From: Flectonema sp. DT1601
Lineage: Eukaryota
NCBI GenBank assembly: GCA_964019425.1
Contig: OZ025792.1
Coordinates: forward strand, 1 to 64,000
Length of the DNA: 64,000 bases
Direction: 5' to 3'
Made by a program: the position numbers and the translations under genes. Positions 1 to 10,905 of the stretch are shown piece by piece; position 1 is the first letter of the stretch; every line of letters starts with the position of its first letter. Below the pieces are notes generated by a model. That model did no database searches. It was not told the DNA's origin and worked only from the letters and a program-made list of their open reading frames with translations.

Positions 1-71
1 TTCCAAATCTGCTGCCCGTGTGCCAGCGTCGGCAGAGTCAACAACAAAGACAAAAGACCCGAAGATCTCAT
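1..71 (-). CDS. 5' end (signal peptide) of a further protease copy, cut by the window edge
   Basis: Matches 3206-3276; ATG at 71 begins MRSSGLLSLLLTLPTLAHGQQIW. Confidence 0.9.
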   Translation of the reverse strand, partial: MRSSGLLSLLLTLPTLAHGQQIW

Positions 72-1293
72 TTTTTTAATATTTATTTTTGTGTTCAAAT
101 AAAACCTTTTTGATGGAAGTAAAAAATGAGATATGATAAAAGACAGACTTCCGACACCAAAGAAGAGAACCAGAACCAGAACCAGAACCAGAAAACAGTG
201 CAGGTGTGATCCAAGTACCAACTCCATTAAACGCCATGGTGACTTCGTTATGCCAGTATTCTGTGAAGGGAATAAGATTTGAACATCGTACAGCCATCTG
301 ACACCATAACATTTTATCTAAATAGCAGATAAAAGCAACTAACGGATTGAACACCAGCTTTCGATGTCTTGAAAAGGAAGACGCAAAAGGACAAGTCACA
401 AAGGCACTTTGGCGGGGCGGATTGTTTGTTTGATAACCTCCAGTTTGCCGCGTTGCCTAAGGAATTCTTATTTTATATAATAGAGAGTGGAAGACGAGAG
501 AGAATTAATTCCTCAACAGGACTGCTAAGAAAGAACAGATTGAATCCGCTTCACAGGATTTGAAAAGTAAAAGTTTAACCACTTGCAGAAGACGAATGTG
601 CAATGCAGCAAAAAAGGAACAATGCAACGACTCCTTACAAACAAATAAAACACTCGTGAAAAGAATAAAACATGAAACAGCCCCCCCCCTCCCAATCACT
701 TTTGACCATGACTAATGATCTCAGAGCAGTTGCAAAAACTCCCAAAAGACTAAAAATGAACAAAAAAGAAATGAATTAATATAAAAAAGCTCAATTCTCA
801 ATTGATCAAAAGTTAGTACTTGACTTGCGCTGGAAGTAAATGTGCTCGAAATGATTCCCTTTTGGGGGGCCAACCTATAGAGTCAACAGTTCCACTGCTC
901 GGAACGTAGACACTGATGGCTTTTCCCGAAAACATTCATTCTGAAAAATCGAATGAACTAAAAAAAACAAAACAAAACATCGGTAAAAAGCAACAAAAGA
1001 GAGCAATTAGTGAAACAAAATGAAATGAAATAAATAAAACCAAGCGAACACACGTTTACAAAGTAAGTCCCTCGAACAGCAAAGGAAATATAATACGAAA
1101 TAATTTTAGCTAGTGTGCAGGGAAACAACGAAGAGTGTGTGCGGAATCCCCTTCAAAAACTAACAACTTGCTTTAAAGTGCAGGAAAACGTTCCCCCCGC
1201 GGGTCTGACCTGCTGCAGACGACATTTGGAGAACGTTAGACCTCATCGTTTGAAAGGAACAGACGATGGAGGTGGTTTCGGTAGCAGAGTGAC

Positions 1294-3276
1294 TCATCCC
1301 TGGACGAGGGCCTGCACAGGGGCAGAGGTGATTCCGCACTGGTCGCTTCCCCTCTCCAAACGGATGTACCCGTTCTCCCCCCAGTTTGCGTTCCACGAGT
1401 TCTTAATCAACCAGTACTTCTGCCCGTTGTCAACACCGTACCCGACAATGAGAACCGCGTGGTCAGGTTGCTTGTTGCAACAGTTGCTTACGATCCCTCC
1501 CGTGTACGGCCACCAGATCTGAGTCATCGCGTCCAAGGCAATCGAAACCGGTCCGTACTTCGCAACCGCCGCAGCCATCGCCTCTTCCGTTTTGTTCACG
1601 TTGTAGTATCCGGTCACCTTCACTTCAGCTGGGCTCCCCGCGTGGCAAGCAGGCACGTTCCCGGTTCCCGAAACGTACGGGTACGACTCCTCCGTGTCCG
1701 CTCCGTTGTCCGCAGTCCACTGGATCGCTTGGTAAGGCCATCCTCCCCCGCAGCCGTCCGATCCCGTGTCGCAGCTCACCAGCTTCTGCTCCGACAGGCT
1801 CTGAAGCTTGTGCCCGGCGATCGCCCACGCAGACTCCGTCACTCCCGTCGTCGAGAAAGACCAACACGAACCGCACTGTCCCTGGTCCTTCACCGGAGTC
1901 ACCACTCCCTTCGTCCTCCAGTCCACCGACTCAGGCATGTTGCGGATGTCCTCCTCGGTGATCACTCGCTCCGCAGGCGCGTCTGGAAGGTCGCCGGTCG
2001 TCGGGTGCGCGCAGTCCCTCAGGTGTGTCTCGAACTCAGCCTTCGACCAATCCGCGAGGTTGTTTGGCAGTCCGGTGCTTCCCCGCGAGTAGAACAGGCT
2101 CAAGTGCTTGCGGAAGTTCATGAAACGAATCTGTTCCTCCGCCTTCGACGAGTACGTCTTCTCGTGGTGCTGCATCCACTTCGCGAACAGTTCCCGGTGC
2201 TCACTCACGTTCCTCGAATTGTCCACCGGCTCCTCGAGGGAGGCAGCGCGGACCGGAAGGAGCTTCGCCGCGCTGGTCTTCGCAGACTCCAACGAATTTG
2301 CCCACAGGGATCCCTCCAACTGCTTCGCCACCGTCACCGAGAACGAAGCCGCTCCCCACTGCATCGCGCAAGTGAACTCTTGTCCGGCCGCCAGAACGAA
2401 GTAGCATCCACCCCTGTTTCCCTGGTCGTTGCGGTTCGATCCCCACGAGCACACGTTCGCTCCCCCGTAGTAGCAGTGGTACGCGTTGTAGTCCTCGTTC
2501 GTGCTCGACGACACAATCGAAATAACCAAATCGTTCGCCCGGTCGTTCGTGTACGCGCAGTTGCACAAGTTCGGCTTCGGGTACGTCACGTTCGGGCACC
2601 TCATCGGAACAGTCGAAGATTCCAACTGAAGAACATTCTCTTTGAACGAAAACGCCGACGACGATCCATCGAACGAACCGCTCACGGCAGAGCACTTCAG
2701 GTCACCTCCCGCGGGAAGGATGAAGTTGCACGAGTACCCTCCCTGTGCTCCGTTCACAGCGTACGCGCACACCTCCATGTTGCCGTACTTGCAGCTGAAT
2801 TCGTTCACTCCGTTCCCACGTGGCGCCATGCGCTGAGTCACCCAGAGGTCCGCGCTTCCCGTGTTCTTGTAGCTGCAGTCTCCGTTGTCGCACGAAATGC
2901 TCTTCGTGTTGCTGTCCAACAGGGCTCCCTTCAGAGGTGAAACATGGCTTCCGATCACGTTCACCGTTCCCTGCACGTCACAGTTCATCTCAGAGCCCGC
3001 CGGGAGGACGAAGAAGCAGCTTCCAGAGCTCCCCGTGTCGGAACTCGGGTACGAACGGTAGCACGTCACCGCGTTCCCGACAGTGCACGACAGAGACGCC
3101 ACTCCAGATTGCTGTTCCGCCTGAAAGAAGAGCGTCACAGCCTCATCCACCTGCCCATCGTTGGTGTACGAACAGCTGTTTCCCGTTACCGGGCAGTTGA
3201 TCGAGTTCCAAATCTGCTGCCCGTGTGCCAGCGTCGGCAGAGTCAACAACAAAGACAAAAGACCCGAAGATCTCAT
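1294..3276 (-). CDS. Secreted papain-family (C1A) cathepsin L-like cysteine protease with three N-terminal Cys-rich repeats, 660 aa, copy 1
   Basis: Signal peptide MRSSGLLSLLLTLPTLAHG; I29-like prodomain (LFAKWMQHHEKTY...EEQIRF...NNLADWSKAEF); mature domain PESVDWR, QGQCGSCWSFS (catalytic Cys), DHAVLIVGYG (His), YWLIKNSW (Asn). The ATG at 3276 is preferred over the upstream GTG in the ORF track. Confidence 0.95.
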   Translation of the reverse strand: MRSSGLLSLLLTLPTLAHGQQIWNSINCPVTGNSCSYTNDGQVDEAVTLFFQAEQQSGVASLSCTVGNAVTCYRSYPSSDTGSSGSCFFVLPAGSEMNCDVQGTVNVIGSHVSPLKGALLDSNTKSISCDNGDCSYKNTGSADLWVTQRMAPRGNGVNEFSCKYGNMEVCAYAVNGAQGGYSCNFILPAGGDLKCSAVSGSFDGSSSAFSFKENVLQLESSTVPMRCPNVTYPKPNLCNCAYTNDRANDLVISIVSSSTNEDYNAYHCYYGGANVCSWGSNRNDQGNRGGCYFVLAAGQEFTCAMQWGAASFSVTVAKQLEGSLWANSLESAKTSAAKLLPVRAASLEEPVDNSRNVSEHRELFAKWMQHHEKTYSSKAEEQIRFMNFRKHLSLFYSRGSTGLPNNLADWSKAEFETHLRDCAHPTTGDLPDAPAERVITEEDIRNMPESVDWRTKGVVTPVKDQGQCGSCWSFSTTGVTESAWAIAGHKLQSLSEQKLVSCDTGSDGCGGGWPYQAIQWTADNGADTEESYPYVSGTGNVPACHAGSPAEVKVTGYYNVNKTEEAMAAAVAKYGPVSIALDAMTQIWWPYTGGIVSNCCNKQPDHAVLIVGYGVDNGQKYWLIKNSWNANWGENGYIRLERGSDQCGITSAPVQALVQG

Positions 3277-4499
3277 TTTTTTAATATTTATTTTTGTGTT
3301 CAAATAAAACCTTTTTGATGGAAGTAAAAAATGAGATATGATAAAAGACAGACTTCCGACACCAAAGAAGAGAACCAGAACCAGAACCAGAACCAGAAAA
3401 CAGTGCAGGTGTGATCCAAGTCCCCCCCTCCCCTCCCTTGCCATGGTGACTTCGTTATGCCAGTATTCTGTGAAGGGAATAAGATTTGAACATCGTACAG
3501 CCATCTGACACCATAACATTTTATCTAAATAGCAGATAAAAGCAACTAACGGATTGAACACCAGCTTTCGATGTCTTGAAAAGGAAGACGCAAAAGGACA
3601 AGTCACAAAGGCACTTTGGCGGGGCGGATTGTTTGTTTGATAACCTCCAGTTTGCCGCGTTGCCTAAGGAATTCTTATTTTATATAATAGAGAGTGGAAG
3701 ACGAGAGAGAATTAATTCCTCAACAGGACTGCTAAGAAAGAACAGATTGAATCCGCTTCACAGGATTTGAAAAGTAAAAGTTTAACCACTTGCAGAAGAC
3801 GAATGTGCAATGCAGCAAAAAAGGAACAATGCAACGACTCCTTACAAACAAATAAAACACTCGTGAAAAGAATAAAACATGAAACAGCCCCCCCCCTCCC
3901 AATCACTTTTGACCATGACTAATGATCTCAGAGCAGTTGCAAAAACTCCCAAAAGACTAAAAATGAACAAAAAAGAAATGAATTAATATAAAAAAGCTCA
4001 ATTCTCAATTGATCAAAAGTTAGTACTTGACTTGCGCTGGAAGTAAATGTGCTCGAAATGATTCCCTTTTGGGGGGCCAACCTATAGAGTCAACAGTTCC
4101 ACTGCTCGGAACGTAGACACTGATGGCTTTTCCCGAAAACATTCATTCTGAAAAATCGAATGAACTAAAAAAACAAAACAAAACATCGGTAAAAAGCAAC
4201 AAAAGAGAGCAATTAGTGAAACAAAATGAAATGAAATAAATAAAACCAAGCGAACACACGTTTACAAAGTAAGTCCCTCGAACAGCAAAGGAAATATAAT
4301 ACGAAATAATTTTAGCTAGTGTGCAGGGAAACAACGAAGAGTGTGTGCGGAATCCCCTTCAAAAACTAACAACTTGCTTTAAAGTGCAGGAAAACGTTCC
4401 CCCCGCGGGTCTGACCTGCTGCAGACGACATTTGGAGAACGTTAGACCTCATCGTTTGAAAGGAACAGACGATGGAGGTGGTTTCGGTAGCAGAGTGAC

Positions 4500-6482
4500 T
4501 CATCCCTGGACGAGGGCCTGCACAGGGGCAGAGGTGATTCCGCACTGGTCGCTTCCCCTCTCCAAACGGATGTACCCGTTCTCCCCCCAGTTTGCGTTCC
4601 ACGAGTTCTTAATCAACCAGTACTTCTGCCCGTTGTCAACACCGTACCCGACAATGAGAACCGCGTGGTCAGGTTGCTTGTTGCAACAGTTGCTTACGAT
4701 CCCTCCCGTGTACGGCCACCAGATCTGAGTCATCGCGTCCAAGGCAATCGAAACCGGTCCGTACTTCGCAACCGCCGCAGCCATCGCCTCTTCCGTTTTG
4801 TTCACGTTGTAGTATCCGGTCACCTTCACTTCAGCTGGGCTCCCCGCGTGGCAAGCAGGCACGTTCCCGGTTCCCGAAACGTACGGGTACGACTCCTCCG
4901 TGTCCGCTCCGTTGTCCGCAGTCCACTGGATCGCTTGGTAAGGCCATCCTCCCCCGCAGCCGTCCGATCCCGTGTCGCAGCTCACCAGCTTCTGCTCCGA
5001 CAGGCTCTGAAGCTTGTGCCCGGCGATCGCCCACGCAGACTCCGTCACTCCCGTCGTCGAGAAAGACCAACACGAACCGCACTGTCCCTGGTCCTTCACC
5101 GGAGTCACCACTCCCTTCGTCCTCCAGTCCACCGACTCAGGCATGTTGCGGATGTCCTCCTCGGTGATCACTCGCTCCGCAGGCGCGTCTGGAAGGTCGC
5201 CGGTCGTCGGGTGCGCGCAGTCCCTCAGGTGTGTCTCGAACTCAGCCTTCGACCAATCCGCGAGGTTGTTTGGCAGTCCGGTGCTTCCCCGCGAGTAGAA
5301 CAGGCTCAAGTGCTTGCGGAAGTTCATGAAACGAATCTGTTCCTCCGCCTTCGACGAGTACGTCTTCTCGTGGTGCTGCATCCACTTCGCGAACAGTTCC
5401 CGGTGCTCACTCACGTTCCTCGAATTGTCCACCGGCTCCTCGAGGGAGGCAGCGCGGACCGGAAGGAGCTTCGCCGCGCTGGTCTTCGCAGACTCCAACG
5501 AATTTGCCCACAGGGATCCCTCCAACTGCTTCGCCACCGTCACCGAGAACGAAGCCGCTCCCCACTGCATCGCGCAAGTGAACTCTTGTCCGGCCGCCAG
5601 AACGAAGTAGCATCCACCCCTGTTTCCCTGGTCGTTGCGGTTCGATCCCCACGAGCACACGTTCGCTCCCCCGTAGTAGCAGTGGTACGCGTTGTAGTCC
5701 TCGTTCGTGCTCGACGACACAATCGAAATAACCAAATCGTTCGCCCGGTCGTTCGTGTACGCGCAGTTGCACAAGTTCGGCTTCGGGTACGTCACGTTCG
5801 GGCACCTCATCGGAACAGTCGAAGATTCCAACTGAAGAACATTCTCTTTGAACGAAAACGCCGACGACGATCCATCGAACGAACCGCTCACGGCAGAGCA
5901 CTTCAGGTCACCTCCCGCGGGAAGGATGAAGTTGCACGAGTACCCTCCCTGTGCTCCGTTCACAGCGTACGCGCACACCTCCATGTTGCCGTACTTGCAG
6001 CTGAATTCGTTCACTCCGTTCCCACGTGGCGCCATGCGCTGAGTCACCCAGAGGTCCGCGCTTCCCGTGTTCTTGTAGCTGCAGTCTCCGTTGTCGCACG
6101 AAATGCTCTTCGTGTTGCTGTCCAACAGGGCTCCCTTCAGAGGTGAAACATGGCTTCCGATCACGTTCACCGTTCCCTGCACGTCACAGTTCATCTCAGA
6201 GCCCGCCGGGAGGACGAAGAAGCAGCTTCCAGAGCTCCCCGTGTCGGAACTCGGGTACGAACGGTAGCACGTCACCGCGTTCCCGACAGTGCACGACAGA
6301 GACGCCACTCCAGATTGCTGTTCCGCCTGAAAGAAGAGCGTCACAGCCTCATCCACCTGCCCATCGTTGGTGTACGAACAGCTGTTTCCCGTTACCGGGC
6401 AGTTGATCGAGTTCCAAATCTGCTGCCCGTGTGCCAGCGTCGGCAGAGTCAACAACAAAGACAAAAGACCCGAAGATCTCAT
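4500..6482 (-). CDS. Cathepsin L-like protease, copy 2
   Basis: Same translation as copy 1. Confidence 0.95.
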   Translation of the reverse strand: MRSSGLLSLLLTLPTLAHGQQIWNSINCPVTGNSCSYTNDGQVDEAVTLFFQAEQQSGVASLSCTVGNAVTCYRSYPSSDTGSSGSCFFVLPAGSEMNCDVQGTVNVIGSHVSPLKGALLDSNTKSISCDNGDCSYKNTGSADLWVTQRMAPRGNGVNEFSCKYGNMEVCAYAVNGAQGGYSCNFILPAGGDLKCSAVSGSFDGSSSAFSFKENVLQLESSTVPMRCPNVTYPKPNLCNCAYTNDRANDLVISIVSSSTNEDYNAYHCYYGGANVCSWGSNRNDQGNRGGCYFVLAAGQEFTCAMQWGAASFSVTVAKQLEGSLWANSLESAKTSAAKLLPVRAASLEEPVDNSRNVSEHRELFAKWMQHHEKTYSSKAEEQIRFMNFRKHLSLFYSRGSTGLPNNLADWSKAEFETHLRDCAHPTTGDLPDAPAERVITEEDIRNMPESVDWRTKGVVTPVKDQGQCGSCWSFSTTGVTESAWAIAGHKLQSLSEQKLVSCDTGSDGCGGGWPYQAIQWTADNGADTEESYPYVSGTGNVPACHAGSPAEVKVTGYYNVNKTEEAMAAAVAKYGPVSIALDAMTQIWWPYTGGIVSNCCNKQPDHAVLIVGYGVDNGQKYWLIKNSWNANWGENGYIRLERGSDQCGITSAPVQALVQG

Positions 6483-7699
6483 TTTTTTAATATTTATTTT
6501 TGTGTTCAAATAAAACCTTTTTGATGGAAGTAAAAAATGAGATATGATAAAAGACAGACTTCCGACACCAAAGAAGAGAACCAGAACCAGAACCAGAAAA
6601 CAGTGCAGGTGTGATCCAAGTCCCCCCCTCCCCTCCCTTGCCATGGTGACTTCGTTATGCCAGTATTCTGTGAAGGGAATAAGATTTGAACATCGTACAG
6701 CCATCTGACACCATAACATTTTATCTAAATAGCAGATAAAAGCAACTAACGGATTGAACACCAGCTTTCGATGTCTTGAAAAGGAAGACGCAAAAGGACA
6801 AGTCACAAAGGCACTTTGGCGGGGCGGATTGTTTGTTTGATAACCTCCAGTTTGCCGCGTTGCCTAAGGAATTCTTATTTTATATAATAGAGAGTGGAAG
6901 ACGAGAGAGAATTAATTCCTCAACAGGACTGCTAAGAAAGAACAGATTGAATCCGCTTCACAGGATTTGAAAAGTAAAAGTTTAACCACTTGCAGAAGAC
7001 GAATGTGCAATGCAGCAAAAAAGGAACAATGCAACGACTCCTTACAAACAAATAAAACACTCGTGAAAAGAATAAAACATGAAACAGCCCCCCCCCTCCC
7101 AATCACTTTTGACCATGACTAATGATCTCAGAGCAGTTGCAAAAACTCCCAAAAGACTAAAAATGAACAAAAAAGAAATGAATTAATATAAAAAAGCTCA
7201 ATTCTCAATTGATCAAAAGTTAGTACTTGACTTGCGCTGGAAGTAAATGTGCTCGAAATGATTCCCTTTTGGGGGGCCAACCTATAGAGTCAACAGTTCC
7301 ACTGCTCGGAACGTAGACACTGATGGCTTTTCCCGAAAACATTCATTCTGAAAAATCGAATGAACTAAAAAAACAAAACAAAACATCGGTAAAAAGCAAC
7401 AAAAGAGAGCAATTAGTGAAACAAAATGAAATGAAATAAATAAAACCAAGCGAACACACGTTTACAAAGTAAGTCCCTCGAACAGCAAAGGAAATATAAT
7501 ACGAAATAATTTTAGCTAGTGTGCAGGGAAACAACGAAGAGTGTGTGCGGAATCCCCTTCAAAAACTAACAACTTGCTTTAAAGTGCAGGAAAACGTTCC
7601 CCCCGCGGGTCTGACCTGCTGCAGACGACATTTGGAGAACGTTAGACCTCATCGTTTGAAAGGAACAGACGATGGAGGTGGTTTCGGTAGCAGAGTGAC

Positions 7700-9682
7700 T
7701 CATCCCTGGACGAGGGCCTGCACAGGGGCAGAGGTGATTCCGCACTGGTCGCTTCCCCTCTCCAAACGGATGTACCCGTTCTCCCCCCAGTTTGCGTTCC
7801 ACGAGTTCTTAATCAACCAGTACTTCTGCCCGTTGTCAACACCGTACCCGACAATGAGAACCGCGTGGTCAGGTTGCTTGTTGCAACAGTTGCTTACGAT
7901 CCCTCCCGTGTACGGCCACCAGATCTGAGTCATCGCGTCCAAGGCAATCGAAACCGGTCCGTACTTCGCAACCGCCGCAGCCATCGCCTCTTCCGTTTTG
8001 TTCACGTTGTAGTATCCGGTCACCTTCACTTCAGCTGGGCTCCCCGCGTGGCAAGCAGGCACGTTCCCGGTTCCCGAAACGTACGGGTACGACTCCTCCG
8101 TGTCCGCTCCGTTGTCCGCAGTCCACTGGATCGCTTGGTAAGGCCATCCTCCCCCGCAGCCGTCCGATCCCGTGTCGCAGCTCACCAGCTTCTGCTCCGA
8201 CAGGCTCTGAAGCTTGTGCCCGGCGATCGCCCACGCAGACTCCGTCACTCCCGTCGTCGAGAAAGACCAACACGAACCGCACTGTCCCTGGTCCTTCACC
8301 GGAGTCACCACTCCCTTCGTCCTCCAGTCCACCGACTCAGGCATGTTGCGGATGTCCTCCTCGGTGATCACTCGCTCCGCAGGCGCGTCTGGAAGGTCGC
8401 CGGTCGTCGGGTGCGCGCAGTCCCTCAGGTGTGTCTCGAACTCAGCCTTCGACCAATCCGCGAGGTTGTTTGGCAGTCCGGTGCTTCCCCGCGAGTAGAA
8501 CAGGCTCAAGTGCTTGCGGAAGTTCATGAAACGAATCTGTTCCTCCGCCTTCGACGAGTACGTCTTCTCGTGGTGCTGCATCCACTTCGCGAACAGTTCC
8601 CGGTGCTCACTCACGTTCCTCGAATTGTCCACCGGCTCCTCGAGGGAGGCAGCGCGGACCGGAAGGAGCTTCGCCGCGCTGGTCTTCGCAGACTCCAACG
8701 AATTTGCCCACAGGGATCCCTCCAACTGCTTCGCCACCGTCACCGAGAACGAAGCCGCTCCCCACTGCATCGCGCAAGTGAACTCTTGTCCGGCCGCCAG
8801 AACGAAGTAGCATCCACCCCTGTTTCCCTGGTCGTTGCGGTTCGATCCCCACGAGCACACGTTCGCTCCCCCGTAGTAGCAGTGGTACGCGTTGTAGTCC
8901 TCGTTCGTGCTCGACGACACAATCGAAATAACCAAATCGTTCGCCCGGTCGTTCGTGTACGCGCAGTTGCACAAGTTCGGCTTCGGGTACGTCACGTTCG
9001 GGCACCTCATCGGAACAGTCGAAGATTCCAACTGAAGAACATTCTCTTTGAACGAAAACGCCGACGACGATCCATCGAACGAACCGCTCACGGCAGAGCA
9101 CTTCAGGTCACCTCCCGCGGGAAGGATGAAGTTGCACGAGTACCCTCCCTGTGCTCCGTTCACAGCGTACGCGCACACCTCCATGTTGCCGTACTTGCAG
9201 CTGAATTCGTTCACTCCGTTCCCACGTGGCGCCATGCGCTGAGTCACCCAGAGGTCCGCGCTTCCCGTGTTCTTGTAGCTGCAGTCTCCGTTGTCGCACG
9301 AAATGCTCTTCGTGTTGCTGTCCAACAGGGCTCCCTTCAGAGGTGAAACATGGCTTCCGATCACGTTCACCGTTCCCTGCACGTCACAGTTCATCTCAGA
9401 GCCCGCCGGGAGGACGAAGAAGCAGCTTCCAGAGCTCCCCGTGTCGGAACTCGGGTACGAACGGTAGCACGTCACCGCGTTCCCGACAGTGCACGACAGA
9501 GACGCCACTCCAGATTGCTGTTCCGCCTGAAAGAAGAGCGTCACAGCCTCATCCACCTGCCCATCGTTGGTGTACGAACAGCTGTTTCCCGTTACCGGGC
9601 AGTTGATCGAGTTCCAAATCTGCTGCCCGTGTGCCAGCGTCGGCAGAGTCAACAACAAAGACAAAAGACCCGAAGATCTCAT
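7700..9682 (-). CDS. Cathepsin L-like protease, copy 3
   Basis: Same translation as copy 1. Confidence 0.95.
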   Translation of the reverse strand: MRSSGLLSLLLTLPTLAHGQQIWNSINCPVTGNSCSYTNDGQVDEAVTLFFQAEQQSGVASLSCTVGNAVTCYRSYPSSDTGSSGSCFFVLPAGSEMNCDVQGTVNVIGSHVSPLKGALLDSNTKSISCDNGDCSYKNTGSADLWVTQRMAPRGNGVNEFSCKYGNMEVCAYAVNGAQGGYSCNFILPAGGDLKCSAVSGSFDGSSSAFSFKENVLQLESSTVPMRCPNVTYPKPNLCNCAYTNDRANDLVISIVSSSTNEDYNAYHCYYGGANVCSWGSNRNDQGNRGGCYFVLAAGQEFTCAMQWGAASFSVTVAKQLEGSLWANSLESAKTSAAKLLPVRAASLEEPVDNSRNVSEHRELFAKWMQHHEKTYSSKAEEQIRFMNFRKHLSLFYSRGSTGLPNNLADWSKAEFETHLRDCAHPTTGDLPDAPAERVITEEDIRNMPESVDWRTKGVVTPVKDQGQCGSCWSFSTTGVTESAWAIAGHKLQSLSEQKLVSCDTGSDGCGGGWPYQAIQWTADNGADTEESYPYVSGTGNVPACHAGSPAEVKVTGYYNVNKTEEAMAAAVAKYGPVSIALDAMTQIWWPYTGGIVSNCCNKQPDHAVLIVGYGVDNGQKYWLIKNSWNANWGENGYIRLERGSDQCGITSAPVQALVQG

Positions 9683-10905
9683 TTTTTTAATATTTATTTT
9701 TGTGTTCAAATAAAACCTTTTTGATGGAAGTAAAAAATGAGATATGATAAAAGACAGACTTCCGACACCAAAGAAGAGAACCAGAACCAGAACCAGAACC
9801 AGAAAACAGTGCAGGTGTGATCCAAGTCCCCCCCTCCCCTCCCTTGCCATGGTGACTTCGTTATGCCAGTATTCTGTGAAGGGAATAAGATTTGAACATC
9901 GTACAGCCATCTGACACCATAACATTTTATCTAAATAGCAGATAAAAGCAACTAACGGATTGAACACCAGCTTTCGATGTCTTGAAAAGGAAGACGCAAA
10001 AGGACAAGTCACAAAGGCACTTTGGCGGGGCGGATTGTTTGTTTGATAACCTCCAGTTTGCCGCGTTGCCTAAGGAATTCTTATTTTATATAATAGAGAG
10101 TGGAAGACGAGAGAGAATTAATTCCTCAACAGGACTGCTAAGAAAGAACAGATTGAATCCGCTTCACAGGATTTGAAAAGTAAAAGTTTAACCACTTGCA
10201 GAAGACGAATGTGCAATGCAGCAAAAAAGGAACAATGCAACGACTCCTTACAAACAAATAAAACACTCGTGAAAAGAATAAAACATGAAACAGCCCCCCC
10301 CCTCCCAATCACTTTTGACCATGACTAATGATCTCAGAGCAGTTGCAAAAACTCCCAAAAGACTAAAAATGAACAAAAAAGAAATGAATTAATATAAAAA
10401 AGCTCAATTCTCAATTGATCAAAAGTTAGTACTTGACTTGCGCTGGAAGTAAATGTGCTCGAAATGATTCCCTTTTGGGGGGCCAACCTATAGAGTCAAC
10501 AGTTCCACTGCTCGGAACGTAGACACTGATGGCTTTTCCCGAAAACATTCATTCTGAAAAATCGAATGAACTAAAAAAACAAAACAAAACATCGGTAAAA
10601 AGCAACAAAAGAGAGCAATTAGTGAAACAAAATGAAATGAAATAAATAAAACCAAGCGAACACACGTTTACAAAGTAAGTCCCTCGAACAGCAAAGGAAA
10701 TATAATACGAAATAATTTTAGCTAGTGTGCAGGGAAACAACGAAGAGTGTGTGCGGAATCCCCTTCAAAAACTAACAACTTGCTTTAAAGTGCAGGAAAA
10801 CGTTCCCCCCGCGGGTCTGACCTGCTGCAGACGACATTTGGAGAACGTTAGACCTCATCGTTTGAAAGGAACAGACGATGGAGGTGGTTTCGGTAGCAGA
10901 GTGAC

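Noticed and set aside
1459..2940. 493-aa plus-strand ORF and other short ORFs repeated in each array unit
   Set aside because: Antisense shadows of a GC3-rich CDS; Arg/Val/Leu-rich with no recognisable motifs.
3277..3606. 110-aa N-terminal extension in the 770-aa ORF calls
   Set aside because: It starts at GTG, runs through AT-rich spacer and a microsatellite, is frameshifted in the first unit and differs in copy 5. The ATG at 3276 gives a clean signal peptide.
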